64,000 bases of DNA. Source: Eledone cirrhosa (taxonomy: Eukaryota). A program made the position numbers and the translations under genes. The first letter of the stretch is position 1. Every line of letters starts with the position of its first letter. This document shows positions 1 through 13,300 of this stretch, in pieces. The DNA is taken from positions 30,318,001 through 30,382,000 of the forward strand of contig OZ024762.1 in NCBI GenBank assembly GCA_964016885.1, written 5' to 3'. The notes beneath the pieces are model-generated. The model ran no database searches. It saw nothing but the letters and a program-made list of their open reading frames with translations, and was not told where the DNA came from.

Positions 1-1699
1 TCCAATGTTGGTGAGAATTCATTTAAGTTCATGCTATTAGCTGTCAGAAGGAACTCCACTGTTGGTGAGGATTCATTTAAGTTCATGGTACTAGCTGTCA
101 GAAGTAACTCCAATGTTGGTGAGAATTCATTTAAGTTCATGGTATTAGCTGTCAGAAGTAACTCCACTGTTGGTGAGAATTCATTTAAGTTCATGGTATT
201 AGCTGTCAGAAGTAACTCCACTGTTGGTGAGAATTCATTTAAGTTCATGGTACTAGCTGTCAGAAGTAACTCCAACGTTGGTGAGAATTCATTTAAGTTC
301 ATGGTACTAGCTGTCAGAAGTAACTCCACTGTTGGTGAAAATTCATTTAAGTTCATGGTATTAGCTGTCAGAAGTAACTCCACTGTTGGTGAGAATTCAT
401 TTAAGTCATGGTATTAGCTGTCAGAAGTAACTCCATTGTTGGTGAGAATTCATTTAAGTCATGGTACTAGCTGTCAGAAGTAACTCCACTGTTGGTGAGA
501 ATTCATTTAAGTTCATGGTATTAGCTGTCAGAAGGAACTCCACTGTTGGTGAGAATTCATTTAAGTTCATGGTATTAGCTCTCAGAAGTAACTCCACTGT
601 TGGTGAGAATTCATTTAAGTTCATGGTACTAGCTGTCAGAAGTAACTCCACTGTTGGTGAGAATTCATTTAAGTTCATGGTACTAGCTGTCAGAAGGAAC
701 TCCACTGTTGGTGAGAATTCATTTAAGTTCATGGTATTAGCTGTCAGAAGTAACTCCAATGTTGGTGAGAATTCATTTAAGTCATGGTACTAGCTGTCAG
801 AAGTAACTCCACTGTTGGTGAGAATTCATTTAAGTTCATGGTATTAGCTGTCAGAAGGAACTCCACTGTTGGTGAGAATTCATTTAAGTTCATGGTATTA
901 GCTGTCAGAAGTGTCTCCACTGTTGGTGAGAATTCATTTAAGTTCATGGTACTAGCTGTCAGAAGTAACTCCAATGTTGGTGAGAATTCATGTAAGTTCA
1001 TGGTATTAGCTGTCAGAAGTAACTCCACTGTTGGTGAGAATTCACTTAAGTTGATGGTATTAGCTGTCAGAAGTAACTCCACTGTTGGTGAGAATTCATT
1101 TAAGTTCATGGTACAAGCTGTCAGAAGTAACTCCACTGTTGGTGAGAATTCATTTAAGTTCATGGTATTAGCTGTCAGAAGTAACTCCACTGTTGGTGAG
1201 AATTCATTTAAGTCATGGTATTAGCTATCAGAAGTAACTCCATTGTTGGTGAGAATTCATTTAAGTCATGGTACTAGCTGTCAGAAGTAACTCCACTGTT
1301 GGTGAGAATTCATTTAAGTTCATGGTACTAGCTGTCAGAAGTAACTCCACTGTTGGTGAGAATTCATTTAAGTTCATGGTACTAGCTGTCAGAAGTAACT
1401 CCACTGTTGGTGAGAATTCATTTAAGTTCATGGTACTAGCTGTCAGAAGTAACTCCACTGTTGGTGAGAATTCATTTAAGTTCATGGTACTAGCTGTCAG
1501 AAGAAACACCAATGTTGGTGAGAATTCATTTAAGTTCATGGTATTAGCTGTCAGAAGTAACTCCACTGTTGGTGAGAATTCATTTAAGTTCATGGTACTA
1601 GCTGTCAGAAGTAACTCCACTGTTGGTGAGAATTCATTAAAGTTCATGGTATTAGCTGTCAGAAGTAACTCCACTGTTGGTGAGAATTCATTTAAGTTC

Positions 1700-4600
1700 A
1701 TGGTACTAGCTGTCAGAAGTAACCCCAATGTTGGTGACAATTCATTTAAGTTCATGGTATTAGCTGTCAGAAGTCTCTCCAATGTTGGTGAGAATTCATT
1801 TAAGTTCATGGTATTAGCTGTCAGAAGTCACTCCACTGTTGGTGAGAATTCATTTAAGTTCATGGTACAAGCTGTCAGAAGTAACACCAATGTTGGTGAG
1901 AATTCATTTAAGTTCATGGTATTAGCTGTCAGAAGTCACTCCAATGTTGGTGAGAATTAATTTAAGTTCATGGTATTAGCTGTCAGAAGTAACTCCACTG
2001 TTGGTGAGAATTCATTTAAGTTCATGGTATTAGCTGTCAGAAGTAACTCCACTGTTGGTGAGAATTCATTTAAGTTCATGGTATTAGCTGTCAGAAGTAA
2101 CTCCACTGTTGGTGAGAATTCATTTAAGTTCATGGTATTAGCTGTCAGAAGTAACTCCACTGTTGGTGAGAATTCATTTAAGTTCATGGTATTAGCTGTC
2201 AGAAGGAACTCCAATGTTGGTGAGAATTCATTTAAGTTCATGGTATTAGCTGTCAGAAGGAACGCCACTGTTGGTGAGAATTCATTTAAGTCATGGTATT
2301 AGCTGTCAGAAGTAACTCCATTGTTGGTGAGAATTCATTTAAGTCATGGTACTAGCTGTCAGAAGTAACTCCACTGTTGGTGAGAATTCATTTAAGTTCA
2401 TGGTATTAGCTGTCAGAAGGAACTCCACTGTTGGTGAGAATTCATTTAAGTCATGGTACTAGCTGTCAGAAGTAACTCCAATGTTGGTGAGAATTCATTT
2501 AAGTTCATGCTATTAGCTGTCAGAAGGAACTCCACTGTTGGTGAGAATTCATTTAAGTTCATGGTATTAGCTGTCAGAAGTAACTCCACTGTTGGTGAGA
2601 ATTCATTTAAGTCATGGTATTAGCTGTCAGAAGTAACTCCAATGTTGGTGAGAATTCATTTAAGTCATGGTACTAGCTGTCAGAAGTAACTCCAATGTTG
2701 GTGAGAATTCATTTAAGTTCATGGTATTAGCTGTCAGAAGGAACTCCACTGTTGGTGAGAATTCATTTAAGTTCATGGTATTAGCTGTCAGAAGTAACTC
2801 CACTGTTGGTGAGAATTCATTTAAGTTCATGGTACTAGCTGTCAGAAATAACTCCACTGTTGGTGAGAATTCAGTTTAAGTTCATGGTACTAGCTGTCAG
2901 AAGTAACTCCACTGTTGGTGAGAATTCAGTTAAGTTCATGGTATTAGCTGTCAGAAGGAACTCCACTGTTGGTGAGAATTCATTTAAGTTCATGGTATTA
3001 GCTGTCAGAAGTAACTCCACTGTTGGTGAGAATTCATTTAAGTTCATGGTACTAGCTGTCAGAAGTAACTCCACTGTTGGTGAGAATTCATTTAAGTTCA
3101 TGGTACTAGCTGTCAGAAGTAACCCCACTGTTGGTGAGAATTCAGTTAAGTTCATGGTATTAGTTGTCAGAAGTAACTCAAATGTTGGTGAGAATTCATT
3201 TAAATCATGGTATTAGTTGTCAGAAGTAACTCCAACGTTGGTGAGAATTCATTTAAGTTCATGGTACTAGCTGTCAGAAGTAACTCCACTGTTGGTGAAA
3301 ATTCATTTAAGTTCATGGTATTAGCTGTCAGAAGTAACTCCACTGTTGGTGAGAATTCATTTAAGTCATGGTATTAGCTGTCAGAAGTAACTCCATTGTT
3401 GGTGAGAATTCATTTAAGTCATGGTACTAGCTGTCAGAAGTAACTCCACTGTTGGTGAGAATTCATTTAAGTTCATGGTATTAGCTGTCAGAAGGAACTC
3501 CACTGTTGGTGAGAATTCATTTAAGTTCATGGTATTAGCTGTCAGAAGTAACTCCACTGTTGGTGAGAATTCATTTAAGTTCATGGTACTAGCTGTCAGA
3601 AGTAACTCCACTGTTGGTGAGAATTCATTTAAGTTCATGGTACTAGCTGTCAGAAGGAACTCCACTGTTGGTGAGAATTCATTTAAGTTCATGGTATTAG
3701 CTGTCAGAAATAACTCCAATGTTGGTGAGAATTCATTTAAGTCATGGTACTAGCTGTCAGAAGTAACTCCACTGTTGGTGAGAATTCATTTAAGTTCATG
3801 GTATTAGCTGTCAGAAGGAACTCCACTGTTGGTGAGAATTCATTTAAGTTCATGGTACTAGCTGTCAGAAGTAACTCCACTGTTGGTGAGAATTCATTTA
3901 AGTTCATGGTACTAGCTGTCAGAAGTAACTCCAATGTTGGTGAGAATTCATTTAAGTTCATGGTATTAGCTGTCAGAAGTAACTCCACTGTTGGTGAGAA
4001 TTCATTTAAGTTCATGGTACTAGCTGTCAGAAGTAACTCCACTGTTGGTGAGAATTCATTTAAGTTCATGGTACTAGCTGTCAGAAGTAACTCCACTGTT
4101 GGTGAGAATTCAGTTAAGTTCATGGTATTAGTTGTCAGAAGTAACTCAAATGTTGGTGAGAATTCATTTAAATCATGGTATTAGTTGTCAGAAGTAACTC
4201 CAACGTTGGTGAGAATTCATTTAAGTTCATGGTACTAGCTGTCAGAAGTAACTCCACTGTTGGTGAAAATTCATTTAAGTTCATGGTATTAGCTGTCAGA
4301 AGTAACTCCACTGTTGGTGAGAATTCATTTAAGTCATGGTATTAGCTGTCAGAAGTAACTCCATTGTTGGTGAGAATTCATTTAAGTCATGGTACTAGCT
4401 GTCAGAAGTAACTCCACTGTTGGTGAGAATTCATTTAAGTTCATGGTATTAGCTGTCAGAAGGAACTCCACTGTTGGTGAGAATTCATTTAAGTTCATGG
4501 TACTAGCTGTCAGAAGTAACTCCACTGTTGGTGAGAATTCATTTAAGTTCATGGTACTAGCTGTCAGAAGGAACTCCACTGTTGGTGAGAATTCATTTAA

Positions 4601-6480
4601 GTTCATGGTATTAGCTGTCAGAAATAACTCCAATGTTGGTGAGAATTCATTTAAGTCATGGTACTAGCTGTCAGAAGTAACTCCACTGTTGGTGAGAATT
4701 CATTTAAGTTCATGGTATTAGCTGTCAGAAGGAACTCCACTGTTGGTGAGAATTCATTTAAGTTCATGGTACTAGCTGTCAGAAGTAACTCCACTGTTGG
4801 TGAGAATTCATTTAAGTTCATGGTACTAGCTGTCAGAAGTAACTCCAATGTTGGTGAGAATTCATTTAAGTTCATGGTATTAGCTGTCAGAAGTAACTCC
4901 ACTGTTCGTGAGAATTCATTTAAGTTCATGGTACTAGCTGTCAGAAGTAACCCCAATGTTGGTGACAATTCATTTAAGTTCATGGTATTAGCTGTCAGAA
5001 GTCACTCCAATGTTGGTGAGAATTCATTTAAGTTCATGGTATTAGCTGTCAGAAGTCACTCCACTGTTGGTGAGAATTCATTTAAGTTCATGGTACAAGC
5101 TGTCAGAAGTAACCCCAATGTTGGTGAGAATTCATTTAAGTTCATGGTATTAGCTGTCAGAAGTCACTCCAATGTTGGTGAGAATTCATTTAAGTTCATG
5201 GTATTAGCTGTCAGAAGTAACTCCACTGTTGGTGAGAATTCATTTAAGTTCATGGTATTAGCTGTCAGAAGTAACTCCACTGTTGGTGAGAATTCATTTA
5301 AGTTCATGGTATTAGCTGTCAGAAGTAACTCCACTGTTGGTGAGAATTCATTTAAGTTCATGGTATTAGCTGTCAGAAGTAACTCCACTGTTGGTGAGAA
5401 TTCATTTAAGTTCATGGTATTAGCTGTCAGAAGGAACTCCAATGTTGGTGAGAATTCATTTAAGTTCATGGTATTAGCTGTCAGAAGGAACGCCACTGTT
5501 GGTGAGAATTCATTTAAGTCATGGTATTAGCTGTCAGAAGTAATTCCATTGTTGGTGAGAATTCATTTAAGTCATGGTACTAGCTGTCAGAAGTAACTCC
5601 ACTGTTGGTGAGAATTCATTTAAGTTCATGTTATTATCTGTCAGAAGGAACTCCACTGTTGGTGAGAATTCATTTAAGTCATTGTACTAGCTGTCAGAAG
5701 TAACTCCAATGTTGGTGAGAATTCATTTAAGTTCATGCTATTAGCTGTCAGAAGGAACTCCACTGTTGGTGAGGATTCATTTAAGTTCATGGTATTAGCT
5801 GTCAGAAGTAACTCCACTGTTGGTGAGAATTCATTTAAGTCATGGTATTAGCTGTCAGAAGTAACTCCAATGTTGGTGAGAATTCATTTAAGTCATGGTA
5901 CTAGCTGTCAGAAGTAACTCCAATGTTGGTGAGAATTCATTTAAGTTCATGGTATTAGCTGTCAGAAGGAACTCCACTGTTGGTGAGAATTCATTTAAGT
6001 TCATGGTATTAGCTGTCAGAAGTAACTCCACTGTTGGTGAGAATTCATTTAAGTTCATGGTACTAGCTGTCAGAAGTAACTCCACTGTTGGTGAGAATTC
6101 AGTTAAGTTCATGGTACTAGCTGTCAGAAGTAACTCCACTGTTGGTGAGAATTCAGTTAAGTTCATGGTATTAGCTGTCAGAAGGAACTCCACTGTTGGT
6201 GAGAATTCATTTAAGTTCATGGTATTAGCTGTCAGAAGTAACTCCACTGTTGGTGAGAATTCATTTAAGTTCATGGTACTAGCTGTCAGAAGTAACTCCA
6301 CTGTTGGTGAGAATTCATTTAAGTTCATGGTACTAGCTGTCAGAAGTAACCCCACTGTTGGTGAGAATTCAGTTAAGTTCATGGTATTAGTTGTCAGAAG
6401 TAACTCAAATGTTGGTGAGAATTCATTTAAATCATGGTATTAGTTGTCAGAAGTAACTCCAACGTTGGTGAGAATTCATT
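1700..6480. repeat. Higher-order duplication, offset 3228 bp (~60 monomers): ~1700-3250 vs ~4930-6480 (edges approximate)
   Basis: Same ordered variants in both copies (CCCCAAT..GACAAT, GTACAA, GGAACGCC, ATGCTA, CAGTT, CCCCACT, TCAAAT, TAAATCATG). ORF ends 2302/5530 and starts 2667/5895 differ by 3228. The offset becomes 3227 after a 1-bp insertion at ~2875. Confidence 0.8.
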
Positions 6481-7029
6481 TAAGTTCATGGTATTAGCTG
6501 TCAGAAGTAACTCCACTGTTGGTGAGAATTCATTTAAGTTCATGGTACTAGCTGTCAGAAGTAACTCCACTGTTGGTGAGAATTCATTTAAGTTCATGGT
6601 ACTAGCTGTCAGAAGGAACTCCACTGTTGGTGAGAATTCATTTAAGTTCATGGTATTAGCTGTCAGAAATAACTCCAATGTTGGTGAGAATTCATTTAAG
6701 TCATGGTACTAGCTGTCAGAAGTAACTCCACTGTTGGTGAGAATTCATTTAAGTTCATGGTATTAGCTGTCAGAAGGAACTCCACTGTTGGTGAGAATTC
6801 ATTTAAGTTCATGGTACTAGCTGTCAGAAGTAACTCCACTGTTGGTGAGAATTCATTTAAGTTCATGGTACTAGCTGTCAGAAGTAACTCCAATGTTGGT
6901 GAGAATTCATTTAAGTTCATGGTATTAGCTGTCAGAAGTAACTCCACTGTTGGTGAGAATTCATTTAAGTTCATGGTACTAGCTGTCAGAAGTATCTCCA
7001 CTGTTGGTGAGAATTCATTTAAGTTCATG

Positions 7030-10000
7030 GTACTAGCTGTCAGAAGTAACTCCACTGTTGGTGAGAATTCAGTTAAGTTCATGGTATTAGTTGTCAGAAG
7101 TAACTCAAATGTTGGTGAGAATTCATTTAAATCATGGTATTAGTTGTCAGAAGTAACTCCAACGTTGGTGAGAATTCATTTAAGTTCATGGTACTAGCTG
7201 TCAGAAGTAACTCCACTGTTGGTGAAAATTCATTTAAGTTCATGGTATTAGCTGTCAGAAGTAACTCCACTGTTGGTGAGAATTCATTTAAGTCATGGTA
7301 TTAGCTGTCAGAAGTAACTCCATTGTTGGTGAGAATTCATTTAAGTCATGGTACTAGCTGTCAGAAGTAACTCCACTGTTGGTGAGAATTCATTTAAGTT
7401 CATGGTATTAGCTGTCAGAAGGAACTCCACTGTTGGTGAGAATTCATTTAAGTTCATGGTACTAGCTGTCAGAAGTAACTCCACTGTTGGTGAGAATTCA
7501 TTTAAGTTCATGGTACTAGCTGTCAGAAGGAACTCCACTGTTGGTGAGAATTCATTTAAGTTCATGGTATTAGCTGTCAGAAATAACTCCAATGTTGGTG
7601 AGAATTCATTTAAGTCATGGTACTAGCTGTCAGAAGTAACTCCACTGTTGGTGAGAATTCATTTAAGTTCATGGTATTAGCTGTCAGAAGGAACTCCACT
7701 GTTGGTGAGAATTCATTTAAGTTCATGGTACTAGCTGTCAGAAGTAACTCCACTGTTGGTGAGAATTCATTTAAGTTCATGGTACTAGCTGTCAGAAGTA
7801 ACTCCAATGTTGGTGAGAATTCATTTAAGTTCATGGTATTAGCTGTCAGAAGTAACTCCACTGTTGGTGAGAATTCATTTAAGTTCATGGTACTAGCTGT
7901 CAGAAGTAACCCCAATGTTGGTGACAATTCATTTAAGTTCATGGTATTAGCTGTCAGAAGTCACTCCAATGTTGGTGAGAATTCATTTAAGTTCATGGTA
8001 TTAGCTGTCAGAAGTCACTCCACTGTTGGTGAGAATCCATTTAAGTTCATGGTACAAGCTGTCAGAAGTAACCCCAATGTTGGTGAGAATTCATTTAAGT
8101 TCATGGTATTAGCTGTCAGAAGTCACTCCAATGTTGGTGAGAATTCATTTAAGTTCATGGTATTAGCTGTCAGAAGTAACTCCACTGTTGGTGAGAATTC
8201 ATTTAAGTTCATGGTATTAGCTGTCAGAAGTAACTCCACTGTTGGTGAGAATTCATTTAAGTTCATGGTATTAGCTGTCAGAAGTAACTCCACTGTTGGT
8301 GAGAATTCATTTAAGTTCATGGTATTAGCTGTCAGAAGTAACTCCACTGTTGGTGAGAATTCATTTAAGTTCATGGTATTAGCTGTCAGAAGGAACTCCA
8401 ATGTTGGTGAGAATTCATTTAAGTTCATGGTATTAGCTGTCAGAAGGAACGCCACTGTTGGTGAGAATTCATTTAAGTCATGGTATTAGCTGTCAGAAGT
8501 AATTCCATTGTTGGTGAGAATTCATTTAAGTCATGGTACTAGCTGTCAGAAGTAACTCCACTGTTGGTGAGAATTCATTTAAGTTCATGGTATTATCTGT
8601 CAGAAGGAACTCCACTGTTGGTGAGAATTCATTTAAGTCATGGTACTAGCTGTCAGAAGTAACTCCACTGTTGGTGAGAATTCATTTAAGTTCATGGTAC
8701 TAGCTGTCAGAAGTAACTCCACTGTTGGTGAGAATTCATTTAAGTTCATGGTACTAGCTGTCAGAAGTAACTCCACTGTTGGTGAGAATTCAGTTAAGTT
8801 CATGGTATTAGTTGTCAGAAGTAACTCAAATGTTGGTGAGAATTCATTTAAATCATGGTATTAGTTGTCAGAAGTAACTCCAACGTTGGTGAGAATTCAT
8901 TTAAGTTCATGGTACTAGCTGTCAGAAGTAACTCCACTGTTGGTGAAAATTCATTTAAGTTCATGGTATTAGCTGTCAGAAGTAACTCCACTGTTGGTGA
9001 GAATTCATTTAAGTCATGGTATTAGCTGTCAGAAGTAACTCCATTGTTGGTGAGAATTCATTTAAGTCATGGTACTAGCTGTCAGAAGTAACTCCACTGT
9101 TGGTGAGAATTCATTTAAGTTCATGGTATTAGCTGTCAGAAGGAACTCCACTGTTGGTGAGAATTCATTTAAGTTCATGGTACTAGCTGTCAGAAGTAAC
9201 TCCACTGTTGGTGAGAATTCATTTAAGTTCATGGTACTAGCTGTCAGAAGGAACTCCACTGTTGGTGAGAATTCATTTAAGTTCATGGTATTAGCTGTCA
9301 GAAATAACTCCAATGTTGGTGAGAATTCATTTAAGTCATGGTACTAGCTGTCAGAAGTAACTCCACTGTTGGTGAGAATTCATTTAAGTTCATGGTATTA
9401 GCTGTCAGAAGGAACTCCACTGTTGGTGAGAATTCATTTAAGTTCATGGTACTAGCTGTCAGAAGTAACTCCACTGTTGGTGAGAATTCATTTAAGTTCA
9501 TGGTACTAGCTGTCAGAAGTAACTCCAATGTTGGTGAGAATTCATTTAAGTTCATGGTATTAGCTGTCAGAAGTAACTCCACTGTTGGTGAGAATTCATT
9601 TAAGTTCATGGTACTAGCTGTCAGAAGTAACCCCAATGTTGGTGACAATTCATTTAAGTTCATGGTATTAGCTGTCAGAAGTCACTCCAATGTTGGTGAG
9701 AATTCATTTAAGTTCATGGTATTAGCTGTCAGAAGTCACTCCACTGTTGGTGAGAATCCATTTAAGTTCATGGTACAAGCTGTCAGAAGTAACCCCAATG
9801 TTGGTGAGAATTCATTTAAGTTCATGGTATTAGCTGTCAGAAGTCACTCCAATGTTGGTGAGAATTCATTTAAGTTCATGGTATTAGCTGTCAGAAGTAA
9901 CTCCACTGTTGGTGAGAATTCATTTAAGTTCATGGTATTAGCTGTCAGAAGTAACTCCACTGTTGGTGAGAATTCATTTAAGTTCATGGTATTAGCTGTC

Positions 10001-10380
10001 AGAAGTAACTCCACTGTTGGTGAGAATTCATTTAAGTTCATGGTATTAGCTGTCAGAAGTAACTCCACTGTTGGTGAGAATTCATTTAAGTTCATGGTAT
10101 TAGCTGTCAGAAGGAACTCCAATGTTGGTGAGAATTCATTTAAGTTCATGGTATTAGCTGTCAGAAGGAACGCCACTGTTGGTGAGAATTCATTTAAGTC
10201 ATGGTATTAGCTGTCAGAAGTAATTCCATTGTTGGTGAGAATTCATTTAAGTCATGGTACTAGCTGTCAGAAGTAACTCCACTGTTGGTGAGAATTCATT
10301 TAAGTTCATGGTATTATCTGTCAGAAGGAACTCCACTGTTGGTGAGAATTCATTTAAGTCATGGTACTAGCTGTCAGAAG
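7030..10380. repeat. Tandem higher-order duplication, period 1721 bp (32 monomers, 7 deletions)
   Basis: Rare variant GAGAATCCAT at 8031 and 9752 (difference 1721). ORF pairs 7348/9069, 7617/9338 and 8123/9844 all differ by 1721 and translate identically. Confidence 0.9.
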
Positions 10381-13300
10381 TAACTCCAATGTTGGTGAGA
10401 ATTCATTTAAGTTCATGCTATTAGCTGTCAGAAGGAACTCCACTGTTGGTGAGGATTCATTTAAGTTCATGGTATTAGCTGTCAGAAGTAACTCCACTGT
10501 TGGTGAGAATTCATTTAAGTCATGGTATTAGCTGTCAGAAGTAACTCCAATGTTGGTGAGAATTCATTTAAGTCAAGGTACTAGCTGTCAGAAGTAACTC
10601 CAATGTTGGTGAGAATTCATTTAAGTTCATGGTATTAGCTGTCAGAAGGAACTCCACTGTTGGTGAGAATTCATTTAAGTTCATGGTATTAGCTGTCAGA
10701 AGTAACTCCACTGTTGGTGAGAATTCATTTAAGTTCATGGTACTAGCTGTCAGAAGTAACTCCACTGTTGGTGAGAATTCAGTTAAGTTCATGGTACTAG
10801 CTGTCAGAAGTAACTCCACTGTTGGTGAGAATTCAGTTAAGTTCATGGTATTAGCTGTCAGAAGGAACTCCACTGTTGGTGAGAATTCATTTAAGTTCAT
10901 GGTATTAGCTGTCAGAAGTAACTCCACTGTTGGTGAGAATTCATTTAAGTTCATGGTACTAGCTGTCAGAAGTAACTCCACTGTTGGTGAGAATTCATTT
11001 AAGTTCATGGTACTAGCTGTCAGAAGTAACTCCACTGTTGGTGAGAATTCAGTTAAGTTCATGGTATTAGTTGTCAGAAGTAACTCAAATGTTGGTGAGA
11101 ATTCATTTAAATCATGGTATTAGTTGTCAGAAGTAACTCCAACGTTGGTGAGAATTCATTTAAGTTCATGGTACTAGCTGTCAGAAGTAACTCCACTGTT
11201 GGTGAAAATTCATTTAAGTTCATGGTATTAGCTGTCAGAAGTAACTCCACTGTTGGTGAGAATTCATTTAAGTCATGGTATTAGCTGTCAGAAGTAACTC
11301 CATTGTTGGTGAGAATTCATTTAAGTCATGGTACTAGCTGTCAGAAGTAACTCCACTGTTGGTGAGAATTCATTTAAGTTCATGGTATTAGCTGTCAGAA
11401 GGAACTCCACTGTTGGTGAGAATTCATTTAAGTTCATGGTACTAGCTGTCAGAAGTAACTCCACTGTTGGTGAGAATTCATTTAAGTTCATGGTACTAGC
11501 TGTCAGAAGGAACTCCACTGTTGGTGAGAATTCATTTAAGTTCATGGTATTAGCTGTCAGAAATAACTCCAATGTTGGTGAGAATTCATTTAAGTCATGG
11601 TACTAGCTGTCAGAAGTAACTCCACTGTTGGTGAGAATTCATTTAAGTTCATGGTATTAGCTGTCAGAAGGAACTCCACTGTTGGTGAGAATTCATTTAA
11701 GTTCATGGTACTAGCTGTCAGAAGTAACTCCACTGTTGGTGAGAATTCATTTAAGTTCATGGTACTAGCTGTCAGAAGTAACTCCAATGTTGGTGAGAAT
11801 TCATTTAAGTTCATGGTATTAGCTGTCAGAAGTAACTCCACTGTTGGTGAGAATTCATTTAAGTTCATGGTACTAGCTGTCAGAAGTAACTCTACTGTTG
11901 GTGAGAATTCATTTAAGTTCATGGTACTAGCTGTCAGAAGGAACTCCACTGTTGGTGAGAATTCATTTAAGTTCATGGTATTAGCTGTCAGAAATAACTC
12001 CAATGTTGGTGAGAATTCATTTAAGTCATGGTACTAGCTATCAGAAGTAACTCCACTGTTGGTGAGAATTCATTTAAGTTCATGGTATTAGCTGTCAGAA
12101 GGAACTCCACTGTTGGTGAGAATTCATTTAAGTTCATGGTATTAGCTGTCAGAAGTAACTCCACTGTTGGTGAGAATTCATATAAGTTCATGGTACTAGC
12201 TGTCAGAAGTAACTCCACTGTTGGTGAGAATTCATTTAAGTTCATGGTATTAGCTGTCAGAAGTAACTCCACTGTTGGTGAGAATTCATTTAAGTCATGG
12301 TATTAGCTATCAGAAGTAACTCCATTGTTGGTGAGAATTCATTTAAGTCATGGTACTAGCTGTCAGAAGTAACTCCAATGTTGGTGAGAATTCATTTAAG
12401 TTCATGGTACTAGCTGTCAGAAGTAACTCCACTGTTGGTGAGAATTCATTTAAGTTCATGGTACTAGCTGTCAGAAGTAACTCCACTGTTGGTGAGAATT
12501 CATTTAAGTTCATGGTACTAGCTGTCAGAAGTAACTCCACTGTTGGTGAGAATTCATTTAAGTTCATGGTACTAGCTGTCAGAAGTAACTCCAATGTTGG
12601 TGAGAATTCATTTAAGTTCATGGTATTAGCTGTCAGAAGTAACTCCACTGTTGGTGAGAATTCATTTAAGTTCATGGTACTAGCTGTCAGAAGTAACCCC
12701 ACTGTTGGTGAGAATTCATTTAAGTTCATGGTATTAGCTGTCAGAAGTCACTCCAATGTTGGTGAGAATTCATTTAAGTTCATGGTATTAGCTGTCAGAA
12801 GTAACGCCACTGTTGGTGAGAATTCATTTAAGTTCATGGTATTAGCTGTCAGAAGTAACTCCACTGTTGGTGAGAATTCATTTAAGTTCATGGTATTAGC
12901 TGTCAGAAGGAACTCCAATGTTGGTGAGAATTCATTTAAGTTCATGGTATTAGCTGTCAGAAGGAACGCCACTGTTGGTGAGAATTCATTTAAGTCATGG
13001 TATTAGCTGTCAGAAGTAATTCCATTGTTGGTGAGAATTCATTTAAGTCATGGTACTAGCTGTCAGAAGTAACTCCACTGTTGGTGAGAATTCATTTAAG
13101 TTCATGGTATTATCTGTCAGAAGGAACTCCACTGTTGGTGAGAATTCATTTAAGTCATGGTACTAGCTGTCAGAAGTAACTCCAATGTTGGTGAGAATTC
13201 ATTTAAGTTCATGCTATTAGCTGTCAGAAGGAACTCCACTGTTGGTGAGGATTCATTTAAGTTCATGGTATTAGCTGTCAGAAGTAACTCCACTGTTGGT

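Noticed and set aside
2871-2880. Unique 1-bp insertion TCAGTTTAAG
   Set aside because: Singleton absent from the paralogous copy near 6100 (TCAGTTAAG); a private mutation or consensus error with no wider significance.
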